Source of the DNA: Prochlorococcus marinus subsp. pastoris str. CCMP1986
GTDB lineage: Bacteria; Cyanobacteriota; Cyanobacteriia; PCC-6307; Cyanobiaceae
Direction of reading: 5' to 3'
Assembly (NCBI RefSeq): GCF_000011465.1
Contig: NC_005072.1
Span: 1,350,001 to 1,382,000 of the forward strand
Length of the DNA stretch: 32,000 bases
The notes under the pieces were generated by a model that saw only the letters and a program-made list of their open reading frames with translations, did no database searches and was not told the origin of the DNA. The translations under genes and the position numbers were made by a program. Below, piece after piece: positions 5,592-12,871 of the stretch (position 1 is the first letter of the stretch; each line of letters begins with the position of its first letter).

Positions 5592-5930
5592 ATGAATACT
5601 TATTTTGTAACTGCAACTTTTAAAAATGTTGCTCTCATGGGTGCAGCTTATGACCTGTTTTTAAAGGTTATTGAAGACGGAACTTTGAATGATGAGTTTG
5701 AAGGATTTAAAGTTATGGGAAGATATCATGCCTCTTACTCAAATAATGTATATATTATTGTCCAAGCTTCAACAGGTATAAAAATGACAGAACACTTCGC
5801 TCCTTGGAAGGTCAAGTTTGATATAGATTTTGATATCAAGCCAGTTATGACTGACGATGAAAAAGTTGCTGAGCATAAGCTTGTTGGTTCATTAATGGCA
5901 GCAGAAAAGAAAATGGGATTTTCAGGGTAA
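5592..5930 (+). CDS. small conserved protein, paralog of 2091..2411 (DUF3303-like, family name from memory)
   Basis: Track ORF. It aligns along its whole length with the minus-strand ORF 2091..2411. Confidence 0.85.
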   Translation: MNTYFVTATFKNVALMGAAYDLFLKVIEDGTLNDEFEGFKVMGRYHASYSNNVYIIVQASTGIKMTEHFAPWKVKFDIDFDIKPVMTDDEKVAEHKLVGSLMAAEKKMGFSG

Positions 5931-6006
5931 TTATTTTTTAGAGATTTAGATTATGAATATATAATCCTATCTTGAAAGAGACTTGGGAAATAGCATGCAG
6001 AAAAGA

Positions 6007-6975
6007 ATGAAACGCTTACTACTTCCACTACTAGCTGCTCTCGCTATAAATTCTCAACCTGTTCTTACGAATGAAGATAGAGCTAACTTTTCAGAGGCTG
6101 AAATAATTAAAGTAAATAATAAAAATATAGAAGTAATTAAATTTAAAGTGCCTGATAAGAAGTTTCCAGATAGAAATGATGTTTTAGCTCAAATTCATTT
6201 TCCAAAATATTACAAGAATAAAAAATTATCCCTAATTATTCACCAACATGGAAGTAATAGAGATGGTTTAAGGTTCGAGAAATGGGGAGGTAGAACAGAC
6301 GAATGGGGGAGAAGGTTAGTAGAAAAAGCTTTAGAAAGAGGTTATGCGGTAGCTTTGCTTGATTCTTTTTATAAAAGAAAGTTAAAACCTTCAGATAAAG
6401 GAAAGTTTCCAAACGGTATTTTGATTAGTGAAAAACTTAACTCGATACTATCTAAGGATGAAAGATTTGATAAATCAAAAATTTTTTACTCTGGTTTTAG
6501 TTATGGTGCAAGTCAAGTATTGAAGCTTCAAGACAAAAGGGCAAACAGCGATTTATTTAAAGCAGCAGTGGCAGCAGAACCTGGATGTAACAAAGTTTCT
6601 TTTCCATTCAAATCTAATATAAAAACTTTAATAATTAAAGGTGAGGACAGCCATTATAACCCCATCGCATGCGAATATTATTATAATCTTGTTAAAGAAA
6701 CGGGAAATCAAATTGAATATGTATCTATACCGAAAGTAAATCATTTCTTCAGCTTAAACGGATCAATTGGAAAAGGAATAGCAGTTAATGGATGCTCAGA
6801 AAATATAGTAATACAATATCCAGATCGGACATTCAAACTTGCAGATGGAACATCAATCAATAAAGAAGAAGCTCAAAGAAGGTGTTTAACAAAGGAGTCG
6901 GGTGAAGGTACGACAAGAGAGAAATTGGATGAAGCAATAAATATATCGCTTAATTATTTTGATAAGTACAAATAA
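6007..6975 (+). CDS. secreted alpha/beta hydrolase (dienelactone-hydrolase/esterase-like) with the shared leader
   Basis: The ATGAAACGCTTACT start at 6007 gives MKRLLLPLLAALA; the track ORF begins earlier, at TTG 5983. It has a nucleophile elbow GFSYG (GxSxG) and an HQHGS oxyanion-type motif. Confidence 0.85.
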   Translation: MKRLLLPLLAALAINSQPVLTNEDRANFSEAEIIKVNNKNIEVIKFKVPDKKFPDRNDVLAQIHFPKYYKNKKLSLIIHQHGSNRDGLRFEKWGGRTDEWGRRLVEKALERGYAVALLDSFYKRKLKPSDKGKFPNGILISEKLNSILSKDERFDKSKIFYSGFSYGASQVLKLQDKRANSDLFKAAVAAEPGCNKVSFPFKSNIKTLIIKGEDSHYNPIACEYYYNLVKETGNQIEYVSIPKVNHFFSLNGSIGKGIAVNGCSENIVIQYPDRTFKLADGTSINKEEAQRRCLTKESGEGTTREKLDEAINISLNYFDKYK

Positions 6976-7065
6976 AAAGCTTGTTACTTGCCTATCTATT
7001 TTTGTTGTCACCTTTTTGACATGAATTTATTGATCCCATATCAATACAGAAAGGATCTAAATTAA

Positions 7066-7276
7066 CCCCATACCACCCATCACTTTCCTAAATAAGAACT
7101 TTGATGGATAATAAATTTATAACCGAAAAAGTTTGGATAACACTTCCTCCAAGCTTCAAAAATCACCAAGGTCCCCTAATATAACTGAAGAAAAGTTTTG
7201 GTTAATGAACCTTGAGAGAGACAAGCTTGAGAGGTAGGACGGAAGCGTTTGCTTCGGTAAATCAAAATATAAATAA
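7066..7276 (+). pseudogene. decayed paralog of 16747..17064, including its 5' module
   Basis: The leader CCCCATACCACCCATCAC plus ATGGATA (7104) matches 16686..16750. Positions 7208..7249 match 16852..16892 (AACCTT.AGAGAGACAAGCTTGAGAGGT...GGAAGCGTT) but carry an indel and in-frame TAA/TAG stops (..NHQGPLI*, ..WLMNLERDKLER*). Confidence 0.6.
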
Positions 7277-7390
7277 GCTCTAAATTAAATAATATTAATA
7301 GTACTTTAGAGCTAAAAATAGAATCTTTAATTAATAATATTACTATCAATCTAGGAACCTATAAATGCAAATAAGTTCTTAAGCTAATTG

Positions 7391-7424
7391 TTATATAGTA
7401 ATCTAGGTTATATAGTAATCTATA
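7391..7424. repeat. tandem direct repeat, 2 x 17 bp
   Basis: TTATATAGTAATCTA occurs perfectly at 7391-7405 and 7408-7422. Confidence 0.85.
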
Positions 7425-7445
7425 TAATATAAATAATTACTTTCT

Positions 7446-7514
7446 AAGAGTATAAATGTTTACACAGTAAGAGTATAAGTATTTAAATAGAAAGAGTATA
7501 AGTGTATACATAGA
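7446..7514. repeat. tandem direct repeat, 3 x 23 bp (iteron-like)
   Basis: The three units are contiguous: AAGAGTATAAATGTTTACACAGT, AAGAGTATAAGTATTTAAATAGA and AAGAGTATAAGTGTATACATAGA. Confidence 0.85.
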
Positions 7515-7643
7515 AATGGTTTATAGCTTTTTCATTTTATTTTTTTTAGTATATTAATAAAAAAAATCTATATGTCAATTTATTTTTTCAAAAATTTACT
7601 AACGTATCTTTATTTACTAATGCTAATCAAAATTTATAAATTA

Positions 7644-7681
7644 CTTAAATTTAATTTAACCCTAATACAAAATCCTTAATC
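7644..7681 (+). promoter_or_regulatory. possible Pho-box-like direct repeats (weak)
   Basis: CTTAAATT-taa-TTTAACCC-taa-TACAAAAT shows 8-mers at 11-bp phasing, followed by CCTTAATC. It resembles the cyanobacterial PhoB box PyTTAAPyPy(T/A) repeated every 11 bp. Only two units are good matches. Confidence 0.2.
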
Positions 7682-7702
7682 AGTGACAAGCAAATTGTCA
7701 CT
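7682..7702. promoter_or_regulatory. perfect inverted repeat AGTGACA-N7-TGTCACT upstream of the 694-aa gene
   Basis: Perfect 7-bp arms lie 33-53 nt upstream of the ATG at 7735. They are followed by a -10-like TATAGAAT sequence. Confidence 0.45.
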
Positions 7703-7734
7703 AGAACTAATTTATAGAATTTGCAAATTACAAA

Positions 7735-9819
7735 ATGAAAAGAAAACTCTTTTCTGCGATATTAACAGGCACGATGCTAGTAGCTCCTGCCAGTACTCTT
7801 GCAGAAACAAAACGTATTGGTGAGACCAGAGCTCTAATTCCTGAAGCAGGTCTTGCTTTGAACCCAGTCTTAGATGGTGGTAACGGAAACGTTGACTTCC
7901 CATTTGGAAACTTTAAAGCACTCGCTACTGTTGGTGAAGTAGGAGACAACGGACTTGCACTGACTGGATATCCAGATGGACAGGCAGCATATCTGCTTGA
8001 TAACGATACTATTCGAGTTGTTTATCAGTCCGAATCTTATGCGACCATGGGTAAAGCACCAGTCCCTGAGACTTATAACTGGGAAATGAAAAATGGTGTA
8101 ACTTTCTCTGGTTCTCACATTCACACGATTGATTATGATCGTGCAAAATTTGCTAAATTCATGAAAAATGGTTCTTCTGCAGAAGGAATGGTCAAGGATT
8201 CTGGTAAATTATTCAACACAATCTACAACGTATTTGGTGATGAAGTAACGAAGGAGAATTTAGTCTGGGGTAACCAAGCACTTCCCAGTCAACGCGTTGT
8301 TCCTTTCCTAGATAAATACAAACTTTCTGAAGCCGACTTCTTCCTACAGTCCTTTTGTGGTGCATGGTATGAACAAGCAAATAAATATGGTAATGGTATA
8401 GGGCTTGAGGATGATGTATGGCTTACTGCTGAAGAGTGGGAAATCGGTCGTATGTTCACTGGCTCTAAGAAGACTGGTAGAACAGAATCTGATAAAACGA
8501 TGGGTCTTGCATCAATAGCTGTTGATGTTAAGAACGAAGTTGCCTACACTGCACCTGCTTTAGGTCAGACTGGTTATGAAAAACTAATGCCAATCAACCC
8601 TCAACACAAAGACTATGTTGTTATCGTTGGTGCTGGTTATAATCACAATCAAGAACCTGCTCCTCTTAAGGTTTATGTCGGCATGAAGGATCGTCTTCCT
8701 GATGGTTCTGAGATTGATTACTCTACTGCTAATGAGCGCGATGCCTTCCTTGGACGAAATGGCATGCTCTACGGTCGCATCTACGGATTTGCAATGCCTA
8801 CCAAATCTTATGCTTCACTAGGTCTTGAAGCGAACCCTGCCGCAAAGATGATGGATGAGTATCTTCAGAATGCTGATGCACCTAACTCCTTTGAGGGTCG
8901 TTTCTATCCTACTTCCTATCAGTGGGGTGGCTGGGATAATCCAGTCTCAGTAAACAATACTGAGATGATGTTGTGGGAGCAAGCAGGTGAACAACCTGAG
9001 GGTTACACCTTCTTCAACGGAGATTCAAAAGCAGAACATCCTGCAGTAGATCCTGATATCAACCGTACTCGTTATGTTCAGAACATGACTAACAAAGGTG
9101 GGATTCTTGGTTTCGATTTTGGTTTCATTGGAGCCACTCTAGACGCTGCTGATGGCGATCTACCTGAATTCCTTCCTGCTACTGGTATTCGTGTTGTTCC
9201 TGCCATTGATGGTGCTCTTACTCTCAAGACTGGTGGTGAAGGTGTTGTGAAGGATGGCTCTGCCGCAATTCACGTTGAGAAAAATAAGGCAGCAATGGTT
9301 TCTCCAGATGGCCTTTATTGGACTAAACACGCTGATGGTTCTTACCTTATCGTTGATGAGGATTCTGGAAACGACTTTGGAGAACGTAAGTATGTCCTAC
9401 CCATCAAAGAGTCAGATATGACTCTTAGTGAACCGAACACTGGCTACCTATTAGGTCTTGCTGGTGGTAAGCACTCCTCACGTTATGAAGCAGGTGCATC
9501 TGCTCTTGGTGGTGCATTTTCCAAAGCAACTACTTCTGAGTTCTCTGGTTCTTGGAACGTAACTGCTCTGACAACTAAGAAGTCAAATGGTTTATTCGGA
9601 AGCAAATTCTACTCTATGGATGAACTTGCAGGAACTGGTGAACAAGAGATCATTCAGGGTATTGACACTGATGATCAACTCTTTATCGGTGTTGTTCAAG
9701 CCCGTGGTGAGTCAGGTGGTGCAGTTGCTGAAGAAGGTGGTGATGCTGGTGGACAAGTCTTCCAATTCACTTTTAACTTGCCTGAAAAATCAGAGGGAGA
9801 GAATATTGCTCAGTTCTGA
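7735..9819 (+). CDS. secreted PhoX/DUF839-like beta-propeller protein (putative phosphatase), 694 aa
   Basis: Signal peptide is MKRKLFSAILTGTMLVAPASTLA. Three motifs resemble PhoX family landmarks (recalled, not searched): GYPDGQAAY, SFCGAW...DDVWLTAEEWE and SPDG....DGSYLIVDEDSG. The gene is clearly richer in G+C than its neighbours. Four overlapping track ORFs are shadows. Confidence 0.9.
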   Translation: MKRKLFSAILTGTMLVAPASTLAETKRIGETRALIPEAGLALNPVLDGGNGNVDFPFGNFKALATVGEVGDNGLALTGYPDGQAAYLLDNDTIRVVYQSESYATMGKAPVPETYNWEMKNGVTFSGSHIHTIDYDRAKFAKFMKNGSSAEGMVKDSGKLFNTIYNVFGDEVTKENLVWGNQALPSQRVVPFLDKYKLSEADFFLQSFCGAWYEQANKYGNGIGLEDDVWLTAEEWEIGRMFTGSKKTGRTESDKTMGLASIAVDVKNEVAYTAPALGQTGYEKLMPINPQHKDYVVIVGAGYNHNQEPAPLKVYVGMKDRLPDGSEIDYSTANERDAFLGRNGMLYGRIYGFAMPTKSYASLGLEANPAAKMMDEYLQNADAPNSFEGRFYPTSYQWGGWDNPVSVNNTEMMLWEQAGEQPEGYTFFNGDSKAEHPAVDPDINRTRYVQNMTNKGGILGFDFGFIGATLDAADGDLPEFLPATGIRVVPAIDGALTLKTGGEGVVKDGSAAIHVEKNKAAMVSPDGLYWTKHADGSYLIVDEDSGNDFGERKYVLPIKESDMTLSEPNTGYLLGLAGGKHSSRYEAGASALGGAFSKATTSEFSGSWNVTALTTKKSNGLFGSKFYSMDELAGTGEQEIIQGIDTDDQLFIGVVQARGESGGAVAEEGGDAGGQVFQFTFNLPEKSEGENIAQF

Positions 9820-9862
9820 TTTTAAAACTAAATTAAGCAAATAAAAATTGCGACTTTATAAG

Positions 9863-9903
9863 ACCTATAAACTCATTAATTTAGTGAGTTTATAGGTTTT
9901 TTA
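9863..9903 (+). terminator. rho-independent terminator of the 694-aa gene
   Basis: 13-bp stem ACCTATAAACTCA (9863-9875) / TGAGTTTATAGGT (9885-9897), followed by a T-run. Confidence 0.85.
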
Positions 9904-10009
9904 TATTTCAAACCTAAGTTTTTATATCTTTGCAATCTCATAAATGGTTAATAAGCTGTTCGTATATGAGGATATGATTATTAGGAAAATAATCCAAGTA
10001 ACAGTCGAT

Positions 10010-10168
10010 TTACTGTAATGGATAATTTAAATAAGCATATTTGTACATTTTCCTATAATCATCATGCAATCTTTCAGTTGCTAACTTTCTATTTTCCATT
10101 CCATCTCTAATCAAATCCATTTCATGGAAGTTTTGATTTAGGATTGTGAAAGGAGTAATGAGTTTCAT
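10010..10168 (-). CDS. 52-aa micro-protein, family member A, not in the ORF track
   Basis: Hand translation gives MKLITPFTILNQNFHEMDLIRDGMENRKLATERLHDDYRKMYKYAYLNYPLQ*. A GGAGG lies 4 nt upstream of the ATG. The N-terminus is homologous to the 14193..14333 product (P[FY]TI[LI]...F....D[IL]..G). Confidence 0.5.
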   Translation of the reverse strand: MKLITPFTILNQNFHEMDLIRDGMENRKLATERLHDDYRKMYKYAYLNYPLQ

Positions 10169-10283
10169 AAAACCTCCTGTATCTACACCTTTATTGTCCT
10201 CCTATTGTTATTAAATTAATAGAGCGGTTTGAGGAACAATTAGGTACGGGAAGAGGACTAAATTTTCGACTAGATTGTTAAAT
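10169..10283 (-). promoter_or_regulatory. conserved leader of micro-protein family, copy A
   Basis: The core at 10225..10283 is about 85% identical to 14403..14461 over its first ~45 nt; the distal ~15 nt aligns only with a gap. The proximal AGGTGTAG..AGGAGG block is also shared. The transcribed (minus) strand is pyrimidine-rich (GTCCTCTTCCCGTAC..GTTCCTCAAACCG). Confidence 0.45.
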
Positions 10284-10430
10284 TGATTGGAGTAGTTTCT
10301 GACGCTTCTACTGCTTTCTTTCATTTTGCTATTTTTCTCTATTGCCATGTTCCTTAATGTTGTTAGTTTGTGACATAAGGTAATCCAGAAACAATTAGTT
10401 TGTTTGATGAATAAGCCTGGAATTAATTTC

Positions 10431-10814
10431 ATGAGAAGCTTATTAGTAATGTTTCTAATAATAAGTTTTTCTTCAAAAGCATATTCAGCTCTACCAACCA
10501 CAATCATCAAAAGTTGCTACGACGGGGATACCTGCACAACCATTGATGGAGAGAAAATAAGACTTGCTTGTATTGATACGCCAGAATTAAAAGGTAAAAA
10601 AGCTGATCCTGTTGCGGCTAGAGAAGCAAGAGATTTTTTGAATAATTTAGTTACCAATGAAGAGGTTTCTATTAGGAGAATTACTAAAGATAAATATGAG
10701 AGAACAGTAGCTGAATTATTTAAAAATGATACTAACGTTCAAGAACTAATTGTTGATGATAGTTATGGGAAAATCTATGAAAGGTATGCATATCAATGTA
10801 ATTGGACTCAATAA
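10431..10814 (+). CDS. secreted thermonuclease (staphylococcal nuclease/SNase family)
   Basis: The pattern GDT....G..IRLACIDTPE......DP.....A..FL......V.......DKY.R.VAE........ELI.....G..YERY is the classical SNase pattern. Signal peptide MRSLLVMFLIISFSSKAYS runs from the ATG at 10431. Alternative starts are at 10404 and 10407. Confidence 0.85.
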   Translation: MRSLLVMFLIISFSSKAYSALPTTIIKSCYDGDTCTTIDGEKIRLACIDTPELKGKKADPVAAREARDFLNNLVTNEEVSIRRITKDKYERTVAELFKNDTNVQELIVDDSYGKIYERYAYQCNWTQ

Positions 10815-11025
10815 AGATTCTGCACCCTAGAAATCTTATCCCCATAGCCAAAAAGCTCTTCGAATATATGGTTTTAGCTGCCAACCCCAGAATCCATATC
10901 CAAAGACAAGGAATTGAGGGAAAAAACGAATTAACAGTAAAATAATTCCTCCTCTACCTCTCGCTTTCGTTGAAATCCTTGCTGCATCACTTGAATCAAA
11001 GTTTTATACAGTAGATACAGATTTG

Positions 11026-11424
11026 ATGACAGATGAAACAAAAATAAGATTTTATATTGAGAGTGAAACCCAAGTCCAAGACTCAATAGGAGGAAGAGAT
11101 ACGATTAATCTTTGGGTTAGATGTAACAATAGTTATCCACAAATCTTTTTTACAACTCCTACCTATAACGCTGACAATACTAGAGTTGGTGTTAGATGGG
11201 ATAAAGATAAAGCATCTTTCTACAACTGGAATAAGTCAACAGATAGCCAAGCTTTTTTTCATCCAAGACCTAAAGAATTTGCTCAAAAACTGAAAGAAAA
11301 AAGTTTTTTAACAGTTCAGTGGAGCCCATACAGCAGTTCAAGTCGTACGGCAAAGTTTGATTTAAATTCTCAAGAATTTAGAGAAGATATTTCAAAAGCC
11401 ATAGCAGATGGGTGTAATTTTTAA
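11026..11424 (+). CDS. hypothetical protein (132 aa)
   Basis: Track ORF with the ATG at 11026. Its TAA directly abuts an orphan ATGAAACGCTTACT leader. Confidence 0.7.
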   Translation: MTDETKIRFYIESETQVQDSIGGRDTINLWVRCNNSYPQIFFTTPTYNADNTRVGVRWDKDKASFYNWNKSTDSQAFFHPRPKEFAQKLKEKSFLTVQWSPYSSSSRTAKFDLNSQEFREDISKAIADGCNF

Positions 11425-11466
11425 ATGAAACGCTTACTACTTGCACCGCTAATAGTTAGTAATTGA
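11425..11466 (+). pseudogene. orphan signal-peptide leader (13 codons) running into a boundary element
   Basis: ATGAAACGCTTACTACTTGCACCGCTAATAGTTAGTAATTGA encodes MKRLLLAPLIVSN*. The stop lies inside the ATTGACAG core. Confidence 0.6.
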
Positions 11467-11503
11467 CAGTCGATCTAAAATAAGGGGCAATTAGCTTCTT
11501 TTT
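11461..11503 (+). repeat. boundary element with hairpin and T-tract directly before an ATG
   Basis: Sequence is AATTGACAGTCGATCTAAAATAA, then GGGGC-AATTA-GCTTC, then TTTTT, then the ATG at 11504. Confidence 0.85.
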
Positions 11504-11908
11504 ATGGAAAAATTTTCCCAGAATCTTCTTAGGCTTTCTCTTTCAATATTATTTTTAAGTTTTCCTATTGGTTTTTTATTCGCAGGGATTGAATATATAA
11601 ACACCAAAAAGTTTTTAACAACAAAATATGATGAATTAAATGAAAAGACAGAAGACTATATAGAGGATATGGAAGAAACTTATCCTGAAACTATAAAATA
11701 TTTTCCTTCAACTAAATTGGCAGATAAATCTCCTCTTGCAACATTACTTTTAACAAAATCAACTATGAAATTATTTCAAGTTTCCGAATATCTAAAATAT
11801 AAAAATTCAATTTTGGATACTACTGACGAGATATCAAAGACTGTTGATGCTTTTATAGAAGAATTAAGAATTGAATATCCCGAATTAAATAGAATACTTC
11901 CTAGATGA
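11504..11908 (+). CDS. hypothetical membrane-anchored protein (134 aa)
   Basis: Track ORF with an N-terminal hydrophobic segment. Its TGA overlaps the next ATG (ATGA). Confidence 0.7.
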   Translation: MEKFSQNLLRLSLSILFLSFPIGFLFAGIEYINTKKFLTTKYDELNEKTEDYIEDMEETYPETIKYFPSTKLADKSPLATLLLTKSTMKLFQVSEYLKYKNSILDTTDEISKTVDAFIEELRIEYPELNRILPR

Positions 11909-12117
11909 AACGCTTACTCTTAGCTGAGCTTTTGTTAGTTTTAATTACTCTAATTTTTGTTTCTCTAAAACCAATTTCTAGAATTTATATTGCTGATTAT
12001 TTGGAAAAGATATCCTTATTTTTATTTAGAACAGTAAGCGATGAAGATTTAAATAAGTGGTATGAGAAAAGAGATAAGTATGAATTACTTGAGGAATCAG
12101 GAGGAACTGCTTACTAA
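11905..12117 (+). CDS. small protein with the shared leader used as a TM anchor (70 aa)
   Basis: Starts with ATGAAACGCTTACT (MKRLLLAELLLVLITLIFV). Its stop TAA lies inside the next boundary element. Confidence 0.7.
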   Translation: MKRLLLAELLLVLITLIFVSLKPISRIYIADYLEKISLFLFRTVSDEDLNKWYEKRDKYELLEESGGTAY

Positions 12118-12136
12118 TTGACAGTCGATCTAAAAT
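12116..12136 (+). repeat. boundary element core copy
   Basis: AATTGACAGTCGATCTAAAAT is identical to 11461..11481. Confidence 0.85.
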
Positions 12137-12258
12137 ATTGGCAAATGGCGATTAAATATTAAGAAAATGCCAACTAGAGAAAAACTTGAAGGAAAACAAA
12201 TTAATAAACGGCTGCTTAAGCATTGCCTATGCATAGTTGTCGGTACTTTAGGTTAAAG

Positions 12259-12519
12259 CTAAGAATTTTTTTGTAATAATCTAATGCCAGATATTACAGA
12301 GATTATCGATGCAATACCAAGAAATATCGAATAAAAAGGCTGCAAATTAATAATGCCAAAATTACCTGTATGCCATTTGATCAACCAAAAAGCATCAACT
12401 CCTAATGGTTGAAGAAAACTATAGATAGTCCCAGATATAAGAGTAATTAATAAAGGTATTGAAGAAATTGCAGCTACTTTTCTGTGTATTTTTCTTTTAT
12501 TTGATTTCAAATTTTTCAT
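12259..12519 (-). CDS. small two-TM membrane protein (86 aa), possibly PepSY-TM-like
   Basis: Track ORF. Its ATG abuts the TAA of the upstream ORF (TAAATG). The family guess is weak. Confidence 0.65.
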   Translation of the reverse strand: MKNLKSNKRKIHRKVAAISSIPLLITLISGTIYSFLQPLGVDAFWLIKWHTGNFGIINLQPFYSIFLGIASIISVISGIRLLQKNS

Positions 12520-12849
12520 TTATTTTCTTTTTATTTTGACTATTGATAGCCATAATATTCCAAAGCTTGAAGATAAAATAAAAATCCATGCCAAGCTACT
12601 AGCTAAATTATTTCCTCTACTTGATCCCTTTTTATTAAGGAACTTATGTAATTCTTTTTCGTTTTTGCATGGCATCCATTTATCTTGGTTTTTATGTATT
12701 CCTTCGCAACCAAGTTCTAAAGATCTGTTTCTAGCATCCTCCTCAGAAAGAAATGTACCCCTCATATGTGCATTCGAATAACCACTTAAATTTAGAGATA
12801 AGAGAAATAAAAAAATCAAAAATTTAAAATTTCTAAGAACAATATGCAT
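12520..12849 (-). CDS. secreted/anchored Cys-containing protein
   Basis: The track ORF extends to 12891, but the ATG at 12849 gives a clean signal peptide, MHIVLRNFKFLIFLFLLSLNLSGYSNA. An alternative ATG is at 12888. It has a C-terminal TM helix. Confidence 0.65.
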   Translation of the reverse strand: MHIVLRNFKFLIFLFLLSLNLSGYSNAHMRGTFLSEEDARNRSLELGCEGIHKNQDKWMPCKNEKELHKFLNKKGSSRGNNLASSLAWIFILSSSFGILWLSIVKIKRK

Positions 12850-12871
12850 TATTTCAAATTTAGTATGTGTA

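Noticed and set aside
7190-7201. 12-nt identity ATATAACTGAAG shared with 14508-14519
   Set aside because: An exact 12-mer match is expected by chance many times in 32 kb of AT-rich DNA, and there is no extended similarity around it.
7712-8124. Three minus-strand track ORFs (7712..7903, 7728..7949, 7870..8124), and 9587..9844 on the plus strand
   Set aside because: All lie inside or against the 694-aa gene. They are typical shadow frames of a G+C-richer, strongly codon-biased gene.
10225-10283. The plus-strand tract GGTACGGGAAGAGGAC as a glutamine-riboswitch (glnA / Downstream-peptide) ACGGAAG-type core
   Set aside because: The resemblance is only a purine-rich 10-mer recalled from memory, and the expected CGUUCACC-type partner is absent. 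Conservation also extends in the minus direction into homologous micro-ORFs, so the element belongs to the minus strand. An Rfam scan is needed to settle this.
10211-10510. Track ORF of 99 aa on the minus strand
   Set aside because: It spans the conserved leader and the 5' end of the nuclease gene in antisense. It has no conservation logic, and the nuclease call is strong.
11463-11481. Reading TTGACA ... TAAAAT of the boundary element as a canonical sigma-70 -35/-10 pair
   Set aside because: The two hexamers are only 7 nt apart instead of 16-18, and no alternative -10 lies 17 nt downstream of TTGACA in any copy. The TAAAAT may still act as a stand-alone -10.
12103-12120. GCTTACTA just before the 12116 boundary element, read as a collapsed leader (deletion between GCTTACTA and ATTGACAG)
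   Set aside because: Only 8 nt are shared with the leader, and they form the in-frame C-terminal codons (A-Y-stop) of a plausible gene. This is insufficient evidence.
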